Origin: a virus
Direction: 5' to 3' (one strand)
IMG/VR virus record: IMGVR_UViG_3300025450_000020
Location: 1-64,000 of that record
Length of the DNA: 64,000 nucleotides
Position 1 is the first letter of the stretch; every line of letters starts with the position of its first letter. Position numbers and translations under genes: made by a program. The notes beneath the pieces were generated by a model. The model worked only from the letters and a program-made list of their open reading frames with translations. It searched no databases and was not told where the DNA came from. Below, piece after piece: positions 6,640 to 16,471 of the stretch.

Positions 6640-7319
6640 CAGTACGCTATGTTCGCCTTCTGAAATACAGATGAGACATATTGGAAGACAGTAGGATTCC
6701 CTGGAACTGGTTTGTTCCAAGTTGCCGTATTGCCTGCTCTTGATGGGTAAAGATGAGCTGCCACAGCCTTTGCCCAGTTATGGTAGGTAGCATAAGATGA
6801 TTTTAGTTCATTAATCATGCGTTGGTCCTGAACCCATTCTGGTGCTTGGCAAGCACTCTTGTAACCCATAAAGTTATTCCATGATGTTGACATGTATTGG
6901 AAAGCTCCACATGCACTACTGGAATAAGACTTGCGATAGTAAGCGTCAACCCCGCCAGTTTCTTGGCTAAGGATTGCATTTGCAAGTCTTGAGATTATTA
7001 CCCTTGAATCTACTCTTTGATTTAAATTTAGCATTTTGCTATAAGCGGGCATTTCAAAAGTTTTTCCAGTAGAAAGATCATTAATTAAATAAACTTCCTC
7101 ATTGGAATTGCTTTTATTATTATTTATATCTATATTAATAATATTTTTAATATTAACTAAATTAGTATATTTATTAATATATAATATATTTTTATTATAC
7201 ACGATAGTTTGTGCTGTTAAAGCGTGAACACTGGAATTAATCCCAGAAATTAGTGTGAGAATAGTCACACCAACCATAGTCCACACTGTTCTTATCCTTG
7301 CTTTGTTCATATTATTCAT
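6639..7319 (-). CDS. secreted lytic transglycosylase-like (Rpf/SLT-type) protein
   Basis: Signal/TM N-terminus; AILSQETGG, SSACGAFQYM..SW, APEWVQD motifs; AGGAGG SD. Confidence 0.75.
   Translation of the reverse strand: MNNMNKARIRTVWTMVGVTILTLISGINSSVHALTAQTIVYNKNILYINKYTNLVNIKNIINIDINNNKSNSNEEVYLINDLSTGKTFEMPAYSKMLNLNQRVDSRVIISRLANAILSQETGGVDAYYRKSYSSSACGAFQYMSTSWNNFMGYKSACQAPEWVQDQRMINELKSSYATYHNWAKAVAAHLYPSRAGNTATWNKPVPGNPTVFQYVSSVFQKANIAY
7112..7199. other. extreme AT island (3 G/C in 88 nt); candidate replication-origin unwinding element
   Basis: Counted directly; next to the divergent transcription point. Confidence 0.4.
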
Positions 7320-7351
7320 ATGTACCTCCTAGGGAAAGAGTAGTGTCTTCA

Positions 7352-7369
7352 ATCGTATCATGATATACT
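7352..7369. promoter_or_regulatory. back-to-back divergent extended -10 promoters
   Basis: ATCGTA-TCA|TGA-TATACT gives TGA-TACGAT (minus) and TGA-TATACT (plus). Confidence 0.55.
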
Positions 7370-7393
7370 AAGAAAAACAAGTCAGGAGCGTAA

Positions 7394-8392
7394 ATGAAGG
7401 TATCTTGGACGGGTGCTCCAGAGTATATGGATCGCAACGTTGGATATGGCGAAGCATCATATCATATCTTTCAAGAATTAAATAAGCAAGGAATTGAATG
7501 TGTAATTGGAGACCCACAGTCTAAAATTTCCGTTTCATTCATTCAGCCAAATATGTACAAGTTTGGCAAGCATCAATATAAAATTGGATATACACCTTGG
7601 GAATCTACTTGGATTCCAGAATCCTGGGAGCAACCTTTAAAAACTGGCATTGATGAGATGTGGACAACTTCTCCATGGTGTGCAGATGTATTTAGAAAAT
7701 ATACTGATAAGCCTGTATTTGTTTATGAGCATGGTGTAGAGGATGAATGGATTCCTTTAAAGAGAACTCGTAACGAATCCCGCCCTTTTAGATTTTTGCA
7801 TGTCGGAGAACCCTACTTTAGAAAAGATGCTCAGATGGTTGTTAGAGCATTTACTGAAATCTTTGGTAAAGATCCAAACTTTGAGCTTGTGTTAAAAGCA
7901 AGTCGCATAAACACTACTAGAATTTTTGATCCAGATACTGGAGAAGTCCGTGGTTCTCCTGGAGCATTTTATCCAAATATTAAAACCATTGAAGCACTTT
8001 TGTCAAACGAGCAAATGAATGGCTTGTATGACTTGTGCGACGTTTTTGTTTATCCGTCATGGGGCGAGGGGTTTGGATTAAATCCTCTCCAAGCAATGGC
8101 TAAAGGAATACCTACTATTTGCACAGAAGCCTGGGCTACATATGCAAGATATATCACAATGCCTTTAGGTTCAGAAAAAGTTGGTTCTCCATGGCCTACA
8201 ATTCATCCTGGCGAAATGTACAGACCTAACTATGAGCATTTAATTAACTACATGAAAGATGTTGCAGAGAACTATGATAAATATAGTGACCTAGCTTACA
8301 AAAATGCTTTCCTAATCCATAAAGACTACAACTGGGAAAAGGTAACAAAGCCAGCTGTTCAAAGACTAAGAGAAATAAACGAAAATCTTTAA
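7394..8392 (+). CDS. glycosyltransferase, GT-B fold (GT4-like)
   Basis: GYG, TPWES, FLHVG...RK, DVFVYPSWGEGFGLNPLQAMAKGIPTI. Confidence 0.9.
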   Translation: MKVSWTGAPEYMDRNVGYGEASYHIFQELNKQGIECVIGDPQSKISVSFIQPNMYKFGKHQYKIGYTPWESTWIPESWEQPLKTGIDEMWTTSPWCADVFRKYTDKPVFVYEHGVEDEWIPLKRTRNESRPFRFLHVGEPYFRKDAQMVVRAFTEIFGKDPNFELVLKASRINTTRIFDPDTGEVRGSPGAFYPNIKTIEALLSNEQMNGLYDLCDVFVYPSWGEGFGLNPLQAMAKGIPTICTEAWATYARYITMPLGSEKVGSPWPTIHPGEMYRPNYEHLINYMKDVAENYDKYSDLAYKNAFLIHKDYNWEKVTKPAVQRLREINENL

Positions 8393-8396
8393 AATC

Positions 8397-8426
8397 TTGA
8401 TTTTAAAAGACTGAGTGTGATACACT
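8397..8426 (+). promoter_or_regulatory. promoter TTGATT-N18-TACACT upstream of the RNR gene
   Basis: Extended -10 TGA-TACACT. Confidence 0.5.
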
Positions 8427-8459
8427 TAATCTCTAATTCAAATCCAACCTAGGAGTAAC

Positions 8460-10391
8460 ATGTCTAATACAATTGAAAACCCATATGAAAATTTTATCGC
8501 ACTGTCTCGTTATGCGAGATGGCTAGAAGATGAAAATCGTCGTGAGACATGGGGTGAAACTGTAGACCGTTACTTTAAGTTTATGGTAATTCAATTGCGT
8601 GAGAAGCATGGGTATGTTCCAGACGATAAGATTCTTGCAGAACTTCGTGATGCAGTATTTAATCGTAATGTTATGCCATCAATGCGTTCTGTCATGACTG
8701 CAGGACCTGCACTTGAAAGAGAAAATGTTTCTGGATACAATTGTGCATTTCTTCCTGTAGACAATGCTCGTTCATTTGATGAAGCAATGTATATCCTTAT
8801 GTGTGGAACAGGTGTTGGATTCTCTGTTGAGTATAAGTACATTAATAAGATCCCCGCACTTCCAGAAACACTTGAGAAATCATCAACTACAGTCATTGTT
8901 GGAGATTCAAAAGAGGGTTGGGCAAAAGCTTATCGTGAGTTGCTGGGACTTCTTTGGGCTGGTCAGATTCCACAAATTGATATCAGCAAGGTTCGTCCTT
9001 CAGGTGCTCGCCTAAAGACAATGGGTGGGCGTTCATCAGGACCTCAACCACTTGTAAATCTATTTGATTTTACTATTCAAGTATTTAAGGGAGCACTTGG
9101 TCGTCAGCTAAAGCCAATTGAAGCTCATGACATTATGTGTAAGATTGGTGAAGTAGTTGTAGTTGGTGGAGTTCGCCGTTCTGCTATGATTTCACTTTCT
9201 AACATTAATGATATTGAAATGGCACAAGCAAAGGCTGGTAACTGGTGGGAGAAGAACTCTCAACGTGCTTTGTCAAACAACTCTGTTGCATATTCCCGCA
9301 AACCAGAGATGCAACAGTTTATTGCAGAGTGGAAATCACTTTATGATTCTAAGTCTGGAGAAAGAGGAATTTACAATGTGGCAGCAGCGCAAGCACAAGC
9401 GGCTAAATACGGCCGCAGATCATCGGAGATTCATTATGGGACAAACCCATGCTCAGAAATCATTCTCAGACCTTATCAGTTTTGTAATCTATCAGAAGTC
9501 GTATTACGTGAAAAGGATACAGTTGAAGATGTTAAGAATAAGGTTCGCCTTGCGTCAATTCTTGGAACGTGGCAATCAACCCTAACTGATTTCAAGTATA
9601 TCCGAAAGATTTGGAAGGATAATACAGAAGAAGAACGTCTACTTGGAGTTTCATTAACTGGACAATTTGGGCACAAGTTCTTCTCTGGACAAGAAGGAAC
9701 AGAAAAACTTGCAAAGGTACTTGACGATCTTCGTGAGTATGCAGTTTCAACAAACGTAATTGAAGCAGAGAAAATTGGGATTCCTGCATCAGCAGCAGTA
9801 ACTTGCGTGAAGCCTTCAGGAACAGTTTCCCAATTGGTCGGGGTGTCTTCAGGAATGCATCCATGGCATTCACAATATTATATTCGCACAGTTCGTGGTG
9901 ATAAGAAAGATCCAATTACACAGTTCTTACAGGATTCAGGTATTCCTACAGAAGACGATGTAATGAAGCCAAATGATACTTCGGTATTTTCATTTCCAGT
10001 AAAAGCACCATCACATGCTATTACTAGAGATAAGCTTACCGCTATTCAACAACTTGAAATTTGGCTAACATATCAACGTCACTGGTGTGAGCATAAGCCA
10101 TCTATTACAGTTTCTGTAAAGGAAGATGAATGGATGGAAGTTGGAGCATGGGTATACAAGCACTTTGATGAGGTATCTGGAATTTCATTCTTGCCATATT
10201 CAGAGCATACATATGTTCAGGCTCCGTATCAAGAGATTGATGAAACAGCATTTAAAGAGCTTTCAGCAAAGATGCCTAAGAAGATTGACTGGACAGCTTT
10301 GTCATTGTACGAGCTGGAAGATTCAACAACAGGAACTCAAGCACTTGCATGTGTTTCTGGAGAATGTGAAATAGTAGATATCAATTCATAA
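8460..10391 (+). CDS. nrdJ: class II (adenosylcobalamin-dependent) ribonucleotide reductase
   Basis: YNC, GTGVGF, GGVRRSA, TNPCSEI, FCNLSE, CVKPSGTVS, EH.PSITV, C-terminal C...C; no beta subunit adjacent. Confidence 0.92.
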   Translation: MSNTIENPYENFIALSRYARWLEDENRRETWGETVDRYFKFMVIQLREKHGYVPDDKILAELRDAVFNRNVMPSMRSVMTAGPALERENVSGYNCAFLPVDNARSFDEAMYILMCGTGVGFSVEYKYINKIPALPETLEKSSTTVIVGDSKEGWAKAYRELLGLLWAGQIPQIDISKVRPSGARLKTMGGRSSGPQPLVNLFDFTIQVFKGALGRQLKPIEAHDIMCKIGEVVVVGGVRRSAMISLSNINDIEMAQAKAGNWWEKNSQRALSNNSVAYSRKPEMQQFIAEWKSLYDSKSGERGIYNVAAAQAQAAKYGRRSSEIHYGTNPCSEIILRPYQFCNLSEVVLREKDTVEDVKNKVRLASILGTWQSTLTDFKYIRKIWKDNTEEERLLGVSLTGQFGHKFFSGQEGTEKLAKVLDDLREYAVSTNVIEAEKIGIPASAAVTCVKPSGTVSQLVGVSSGMHPWHSQYYIRTVRGDKKDPITQFLQDSGIPTEDDVMKPNDTSVFSFPVKAPSHAITRDKLTAIQQLEIWLTYQRHWCEHKPSITVSVKEDEWMEVGAWVYKHFDEVSGISFLPYSEHTYVQAPYQEIDETAFKELSAKMPKKIDWTALSLYELEDSTTGTQALACVSGECEIVDINS

Positions 10392-11404
10392 TGAATCTTG
10401 TTCAAAGAGCCGTAAGTGCTGGGGGCAAACTAGCACCCATTGTAATCCCTAAAGATATTACATTTGGCACGGGCTTGATGAATCCTTCTGTAATGATAGA
10501 TGATGACGGAGATATCTTAGTTAATCTTCGTCATACAAACTACACGCTATTTCATTCAGAAAATACTCAAAAGTTTCCTTCAAGATGGGGACCACTTGCA
10601 TATCTTCATCCAGAAAAAGATGCAAAGCTAGGCACAACAAACTATCTTGTTAGAATGAATAATGATCTTGAGGTTACAGATTATTGTTTAATTGATACAA
10701 GCAAAAATGATATCCCGCCCGTTTGGGAGTTTGTTGGGTTAGAAGATGCCCGTCTTGTTAAGTGGGATAATAAATATTATATGGTTGGTGTCAGAAGAGA
10801 TGTAAAGCCTTCGGGTGAAGGTCGCATGGAACTAGTTGAAATTAAAATCAATAAGAAAAAGTGGGAAGCCAAAGAAAAGTCAAGAATTAGAATACCTGCT
10901 CCAGGCAAAGATAATTCTTATTGTGAAAAGAACTGGTATCCAATCCTTGACAAGCCTTACTATTTTATTAAATGGACTTCTCCAGTTGAAGTTGTTAAGA
11001 CTTATCCAGATCTTCCCGCAAGATGTGAGCAAGTTGTTGTAAATCCAGGATTGCCTGTAAAGTTTGATTTACGGGGCGGATCTCAGATGATTCGTTGGAA
11101 CGAAAACACCTATATATCAATAACACATGAGACAGAGTTGTTCTGGAACTACTTGGGACAAAAAGATGGAATATATCGTCATAGATTGTGTGTCTGGGAT
11201 AACGAGTTTAATCTGATAGGTGTTTCTCCAGACAAGTTTTCATTTCTAGATGCCAGAATTGAATTTTGTGCAGGTGCAGCAAAGCTTAAAAATGATTTGC
11301 TCATATCGTTTGGTTTTCAAGATAATGCTGCTTTTATTTTAAAGGTAACAGAAGATGTTGTTGAAGAAATGATACAGGAGGCTTTGACAAATGAAATCAA
11401 TTGA
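10391..11404 (+). CDS. predicted glycosylase/phosphorylase, five-bladed beta-propeller (GH130/GH43-like)
   Basis: NPS, GLEDARL, CEKNW, RGGS, IEFCAG, SFG.QD motifs. Confidence 0.7.
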   Translation: MNLVQRAVSAGGKLAPIVIPKDITFGTGLMNPSVMIDDDGDILVNLRHTNYTLFHSENTQKFPSRWGPLAYLHPEKDAKLGTTNYLVRMNNDLEVTDYCLIDTSKNDIPPVWEFVGLEDARLVKWDNKYYMVGVRRDVKPSGEGRMELVEIKINKKKWEAKEKSRIRIPAPGKDNSYCEKNWYPILDKPYYFIKWTSPVEVVKTYPDLPARCEQVVVNPGLPVKFDLRGGSQMIRWNENTYISITHETELFWNYLGQKDGIYRHRLCVWDNEFNLIGVSPDKFSFLDARIEFCAGAAKLKNDLLISFGFQDNAAFILKVTEDVVEEMIQEALTNEIN

Positions 11405-11948
11405 AGAATTAGTTGAAAACGCTTCTCATGATATGTTTAATCCTCAACTTAACTTTGATATTGCAAAGAAGTACGACGAGCTGGGCCAAAATGCTGCAGC
11501 AATTTCTTTTTATTTGAGAGCTGCAGAATATGGCTATGAGTCTTCACCTATTATTGTTTATACTTCATTAATAAGAATTTCTTTCTGTCTAGAAAGTCAG
11601 ACTGGGCGGGAGCACACTGTAAGTAGCACATTATTACAAGCAATTGAATATATGCCTAGCAGACCTGAAGCATACTTTTTACTGTCACGTTTTTATGAGA
11701 GAACACAAAAATGGCAAGAGTGTTATACATGGGCAGAAATAGGTTTAAGATTTGCTACAAGACATGATCCATTACCAGCAGATGTTGAGTACCCAGGTTC
11801 ATATGGATTTATGTTTGAAAAAGCCGTAAGCGGTTGGTGGCTTGGAAGAAAAGAAGATTCTTTTAAAATCTTCAAGGATATGCTTGAAGAAAACATATGG
11901 GATAACTATCGCTCAACCATTGAATACAACCTTAAAAACTACGTCTAA
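11391..11948 (+). CDS. tetratricopeptide-repeat protein
   Basis: AISFYLRA, P.RPEAYF.LSRFY helical repeats. Confidence 0.7.
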   Translation: MKSIEELVENASHDMFNPQLNFDIAKKYDELGQNAAAISFYLRAAEYGYESSPIIVYTSLIRISFCLESQTGREHTVSSTLLQAIEYMPSRPEAYFLLSRFYERTQKWQECYTWAEIGLRFATRHDPLPADVEYPGSYGFMFEKAVSGWWLGRKEDSFKIFKDMLEENIWDNYRSTIEYNLKNYV

Positions 11949-11988
11949 AAAATAGCCTTTTTTAACTATTTTGGTATACTTGTAGCAT

Positions 11989-14900
11989 ATGAGCCTGCAA
12001 TACACCTATACTAGTAATCTTCAGACTACTCAGGGCGGTAATTTTAACTACCCTGCCTATACAGACACGCCTGACGTGCCTAGAGATATTTATCGTTTAG
12101 CAACAGAGCTTGACGCATATCTTTCTGTTAATAAAGGTCCAGGATATTTAGTATTTTCTAGCTCATCAAATACATTTTCAACAGGTTCAAAAACTTTTTC
12201 AGTTATCATAGGATCGGGCAATCCAAATGGTAGCGGAGCTTATGCAGCAGGTGATCGTGTAAGAATAATCAATACGGCAAATACATCTCAATTTATAGAA
12301 GGAACAATTTCTTCTGTAACAACAAATTCAAGTATAGTAGTAAGCATTGATACGGTCCAAGGCTCAGGAACGATTACAACGTGGCAATTTAGCCTTACTG
12401 GTATACAAGGATTGCAGGGTCCACAAGGACCACAAGGCACACAAGGTGTGCAAGGCCCACAAGGTGTTCAGGGTCCACAAGGTACTCAGGGTGTACAAGG
12501 TCCGCAAGGCACACAAGGTGTGCAAGGCACTCAAGGGCCTCAAGGCACCCAGGGTATTCAAGGCGTTCAGGGTCCACAGGGAACACAAGGCGTACAAGGC
12601 ACACAGGGTGTGCAAGGAACTCAAGGAACACAAGGAGTCCAAGGTTCAGGTTACAATGTAACAACTTCAACAACTTCAAACACACTCACCACTGGTTCAA
12701 AAACATTTACTGTTACAAACTCTGGTGCATTTTTAAATGGTGATCGTGTAAGAGTAATTAATACATCAAGTCCTTCACAGTTTATTGAAGGTAATATTAC
12801 TTCTTTAACTGTAAACTCAAGTATTACAATTAACGCAGACATAGTTTCTGGAACTGGAACTGTAACAACATGGCAATTTAGCGTTGCTGGAGTTCAAGGT
12901 ACACAAGGTGTCCAGGGTCCACAAGGAACCCAAGGTGTACAAGGTATTCAAGGCTTGCAAGGTATTCAGGGTACACAAGGAACACAAGGTGTGCAAGGCA
13001 CACAGGGAATACAAGGATCTCAAGGACCACAAGGTACCCAAGGAATCCAGGGTATTCAGGGAATACAAGGACCTCAAGGAACGCAGGGAACACAAGGCAT
13101 TCAAGGTCTTCAAGGTGTTCAGGGACCAGTATCTTCATTAAATGCACACCAATCTGTAGAAGCAATCCAGGTGTCACCCCTAGGAAACGGTGCAACATAT
13201 TTTGCGGGATCTGCAGATGCAGAAAACGGAACTGGTGTGGGTGCATATATTCAAGCATCAACAAATGGAACTTTATCTGTAGATGGATATACTACTCCAA
13301 ATCTTGCAGTAGGAGATCGCCTATTAATTGTAGGTCAGGCAAATAAAACTCAAAATGGTGTCTATACAGTTACATCAATTGGATCTGTATCTTCAACATG
13401 GAAGATAACTCGTGCAACAGATTACGATAATCATACGGTTGGACAAGTTGAAGAAGGCGACTATATTTTTGTAACTGATGGAACAGTTTATGGCGGTACA
13501 GTCTGGATAGAAGTTGGAAATGGTTCTAATGCTGACGGAACCATTAGAATTGGCACAGATAATATTCAGTTTGCACAAACATCTGGCTTGGGTGCTCAGG
13601 GAACAACTGGCGCACAAGGTGCGGGTGGAACAACGGCATACTGGGGTTCATTCTGGGATGTAACAAATCAAACAGCGGCAGCAACAAATACCGCATATGC
13701 CGTAAATATTGGTAATACAGATTCAAATTCACTTGGTGTATCAATAGCAAGTAACAATCAAATAACATTTGCAAACCCTGGCGTATACAATATTCAATTT
13801 TCTTTTCAATTCCAAAATACTGATAACTCAGTACATAATGCATATATTTGGTTACGTAAAAATGGTTCAGATGTTGCAGAAACTGCATCTGATCAAGCAA
13901 TTCCAGCAAGTCACGCTGGAACAACAGGATCAACAATTGCTGCATGGAACTTTGTAGAAAAAATAAATGCTGGAGATTATCTACAGCTTATGTGGTCTAC
14001 AGATAATACTTCTGTATCTATTGCAAGTTATAATGCTTCTTCCCCAGTCCCGTCCGTTCCTGGCGTAATTGTTACTGCAACACAGGTTGCATATGCAATT
14101 CAAGGCACACAGGGTTTACAAGGTCCACAAGGTGTACAGGGTCCACAAGGTGTACAGGGTGTGCAAGGAACACAGGGTGTTCAAGGAGTACAAGGCGTAC
14201 AGGGTATACAAGGAAATCAGGGAACACAAGGAATACAAGGTTTTGGATATGCACAGCTTCAAGGTGTGCAAGGATCAATAGGTTCGCAAGGTACTGCAGG
14301 ATTTGTAGGGTCTAATGGATCTCAAGGAACCCAAGGTATCCAAGGAAGCACAGGATTCCAAGGAACTGCTGGCTTTATAGGCTCTAATGGTGCACAAGGC
14401 GTGCAGGGACTTCAAGGAATTATTGGAGCATCTGGAACATATACAGTGTCATCAACAATTCCTTCAAACCCTACAAATGGTTCAGCTTGGTTAAATACTA
14501 ATGATGGATCGCTTTATATCTGGGATGGAACTGAATGGTTTGAGCCAGGTAGCAATTATAATGGTTTGCAGGGAATTCAAGGAACTACTGGTATACAAGG
14601 ACCGCAGGGAACATTAACATTAACTCCCGCCCGTACTGTAACAGAATTTGCATCTCCAACATCAGGACAAACTTCATTCTCAGTAAACTATACACCAGGA
14701 TATATAGATGTATTCTTAAATGGTGTTCGTCTTGCATCATCAGACTATACTGCAACAAGTGGAACTGCTGTAGTTCTTGCTTATGGAGTAAGTTCAACAG
14801 ATGTTCTTGATGTTGTATCTTATTCGCTTGGAATGGGTGCACAAGGATTAAGTGGTTTACAAGGTGTTCAAGGTTTACAAGGAATTTCAGTTCAAGGAAT

Positions 14901-15387
14901 TCAAGGACCACAAGGAACTACTGGAATTCAAGGTTTGACGGGAGTTCAGGGAACCTCAGGTGCTGGATCAATGCAAATGTGGCGTTATACAGCTACAGGT
15001 GGAGAAACAACGTTATCAGGAAATGACGGATTCTCAACAAGCCTTGCATATACAGTAAATTACGAGCAAGTATTTGTAAATGGTGTTTTGCTAGAGCGTG
15101 GAGTTGACTATACAGCAAGTACAGGAACATCTGTAGTTTTGAACACAGCCCTAGTCGCTAATGATATTGCTACGGTTATATCATATAGTTCATGGTCTCT
15201 TGCAAATGCTATTCCGCTTACCGCATATAGTGCACAAGGAGTTTTGGTTGCAGGTACAGGAACCAATACATACACATCTCTACAACAAGGAACAAAAGGA
15301 TGGACTTTGGTTTCTGACCCAACGCAAGCGGCGGGAGTCCGTTGGTCTAACGACGTTCAAATCATGAACATCATGGGTGCCTATTAA
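11989..15387 (+). CDS. collagen-like fibre/appendage protein (G-X-Q repeats with several globular domains)
   Basis: Multiple QGxQGx blocks; duplicated TGSKTF..GDRVR domain; fibre motif GDRLL..GQ....NGVY...RATD; two VF.NGV.L...DYTA domains. Confidence 0.85.
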   Translation: MSLQYTYTSNLQTTQGGNFNYPAYTDTPDVPRDIYRLATELDAYLSVNKGPGYLVFSSSSNTFSTGSKTFSVIIGSGNPNGSGAYAAGDRVRIINTANTSQFIEGTISSVTTNSSIVVSIDTVQGSGTITTWQFSLTGIQGLQGPQGPQGTQGVQGPQGVQGPQGTQGVQGPQGTQGVQGTQGPQGTQGIQGVQGPQGTQGVQGTQGVQGTQGTQGVQGSGYNVTTSTTSNTLTTGSKTFTVTNSGAFLNGDRVRVINTSSPSQFIEGNITSLTVNSSITINADIVSGTGTVTTWQFSVAGVQGTQGVQGPQGTQGVQGIQGLQGIQGTQGTQGVQGTQGIQGSQGPQGTQGIQGIQGIQGPQGTQGTQGIQGLQGVQGPVSSLNAHQSVEAIQVSPLGNGATYFAGSADAENGTGVGAYIQASTNGTLSVDGYTTPNLAVGDRLLIVGQANKTQNGVYTVTSIGSVSSTWKITRATDYDNHTVGQVEEGDYIFVTDGTVYGGTVWIEVGNGSNADGTIRIGTDNIQFAQTSGLGAQGTTGAQGAGGTTAYWGSFWDVTNQTAAATNTAYAVNIGNTDSNSLGVSIASNNQITFANPGVYNIQFSFQFQNTDNSVHNAYIWLRKNGSDVAETASDQAIPASHAGTTGSTIAAWNFVEKINAGDYLQLMWSTDNTSVSIASYNASSPVPSVPGVIVTATQVAYAIQGTQGLQGPQGVQGPQGVQGVQGTQGVQGVQGVQGIQGNQGTQGIQGFGYAQLQGVQGSIGSQGTAGFVGSNGSQGTQGIQGSTGFQGTAGFIGSNGAQGVQGLQGIIGASGTYTVSSTIPSNPTNGSAWLNTNDGSLYIWDGTEWFEPGSNYNGLQGIQGTTGIQGPQGTLTLTPARTVTEFASPTSGQTSFSVNYTPGYIDVFLNGVRLASSDYTATSGTAVVLAYGVSSTDVLDVVSYSLGMGAQGLSGLQGVQGLQGISVQGIQGPQGTTGIQGLTGVQGTSGAGSMQMWRYTATGGETTLSGNDGFSTSLAYTVNYEQVFVNGVLLERGVDYTASTGTSVVLNTALVANDIATVISYSSWSLANAIPLTAYSAQGVLVAGTGTNTYTSLQQGTKGWTLVSDPTQAAGVRWSNDVQIMNIMGAY
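12400..12645 (+). repeat. collagen-like 9-nt (CAA/CAG GGN NNN) tandem repeats
   Basis: Further blocks at about 12890-13125, 14100-14420, 14560-14610, 14840-14955 and 21475-21610. Confidence 0.9.
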
Positions 15388-15444
15388 ATAGCTCCTCTGG
15401 TATAATGGTTTTATATTGAATAAAGCAGTGAAAGGTAGTAATTA

Positions 15445-15753
15445 ATGGCTACAACTTCTAAGCAAATGTATAACGGTGCAGCAAGCACTAGTTCTACAAC
15501 CCTTTATACCGCCCCATCTTCAGCGGGTGCCGTTGCAGTTGTTACAAACATTATAGTTGCCAATACAGCAGGAACTTCTGCTACCTACACATTAAATTTG
15601 GGCGGGAATGCAATAGCTACTACAGTTACAGTAGGAGCATATGACTCTGCTATCATTGATCTAAAACAAGTTTTAACAGCATCTCAAACAATCACAGGTC
15701 TAGCATCTGCCACTACAGTTAATTTCTTTATCAGCGGTGTGGAGATTGTTTAA
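15445..15753 (+). CDS. small virion protein, class S (paralog of 22658-23023)
   Basis: TLYTAPS...VVTNI.VAN...F.ISG.E. Confidence 0.8.
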   Translation: MATTSKQMYNGAASTSSTTLYTAPSSAGAVAVVTNIIVANTAGTSATYTLNLGGNAIATTVTVGAYDSAIIDLKQVLTASQTITGLASATTVNFFISGVEIV

Positions 15754-16364
15754 TGTCCCCAATCTATAAATTATCTGCAAACTCCCTAGCACTTGGAAGA
15801 ACAGCCTATAGAGATTTTCTTATGGGTAATACAGTATTTAATCCATGGGCTCCACAAGGAGCTATGGATGCTTTAGGAAGTGTTACTGTTCCAAGTGGTG
15901 GGCTATCGTCTATTACCTTCTCGGCTATTCCAAATACCTATACTGATTTGGAAATTCGCACACTAGGAAGAACAGTTTACGCTGCCAATTCCAATTCCAA
16001 TGTATCCATTTTTTATAATGGAGATACAACTGCAACGAATTACTATTCCCATTATCTTTATGGAACAGGCTCAGCCGCAGGTGCAGCAGCAAACAACTCT
16101 GCCTTATACTCTTTTCAAACCCCTGATGACAGCGTGACAACAAATGTCTTTGGTGCTGCAATTTCTGTGGTGAAGGACTATGCCAACCCAAATAAAAACA
16201 CTACTCTTCGCTCACTTTCTGGATATGATGGAAATGGCTCTGGAGTAATTGCTTTTACTTCAACTGGTTGGACTAATACAACTCCAGTAAATTCATTGAC
16301 GATTACTGCTCAAGATGGAAGTTGGAAAGCAGGAACTACTATTTCTCTTTATGGAGTGCGCTAA
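15753..16364 (+). CDS. virion protein, class A copy 1
   Basis: ITFS.IP.TYTDL...DY.N.NK.TTLR...SLYG. Confidence 0.8.
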   Translation: MSPIYKLSANSLALGRTAYRDFLMGNTVFNPWAPQGAMDALGSVTVPSGGLSSITFSAIPNTYTDLEIRTLGRTVYAANSNSNVSIFYNGDTTATNYYSHYLYGTGSAAGAAANNSALYSFQTPDDSVTTNVFGAAISVVKDYANPNKNTTLRSLSGYDGNGSGVIAFTSTGWTNTTPVNSLTITAQDGSWKAGTTISLYGVR

Positions 16365-16462
16365 TGGCTACTAATACAATGGCTGCAATTAACACAATCG
16401 TTTTAACCTCTGGCACAAACTTTGCAACAGGTACTAACTTCTCTCTTTACGGCATACGGTAG
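16364..16462 (+). pseudogene. internally deleted remnant of a class B/A paralog (32 aa)
   Basis: MATNTMAAINTIVLTSGTNFATGTNFSLYGIR: family N-terminus fused to family C-terminus. Confidence 0.7.
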
Positions 16463-16471
16463 GCGGGCATT

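Noticed and set aside
12347-14911. Alternative-frame and antisense ORFs over the collagen repeats (HKV.., LCAL.., LEHL..)
   Set aside because: Shadow ORFs generated by the 9-nt periodic repeat; no SD or independent signal.
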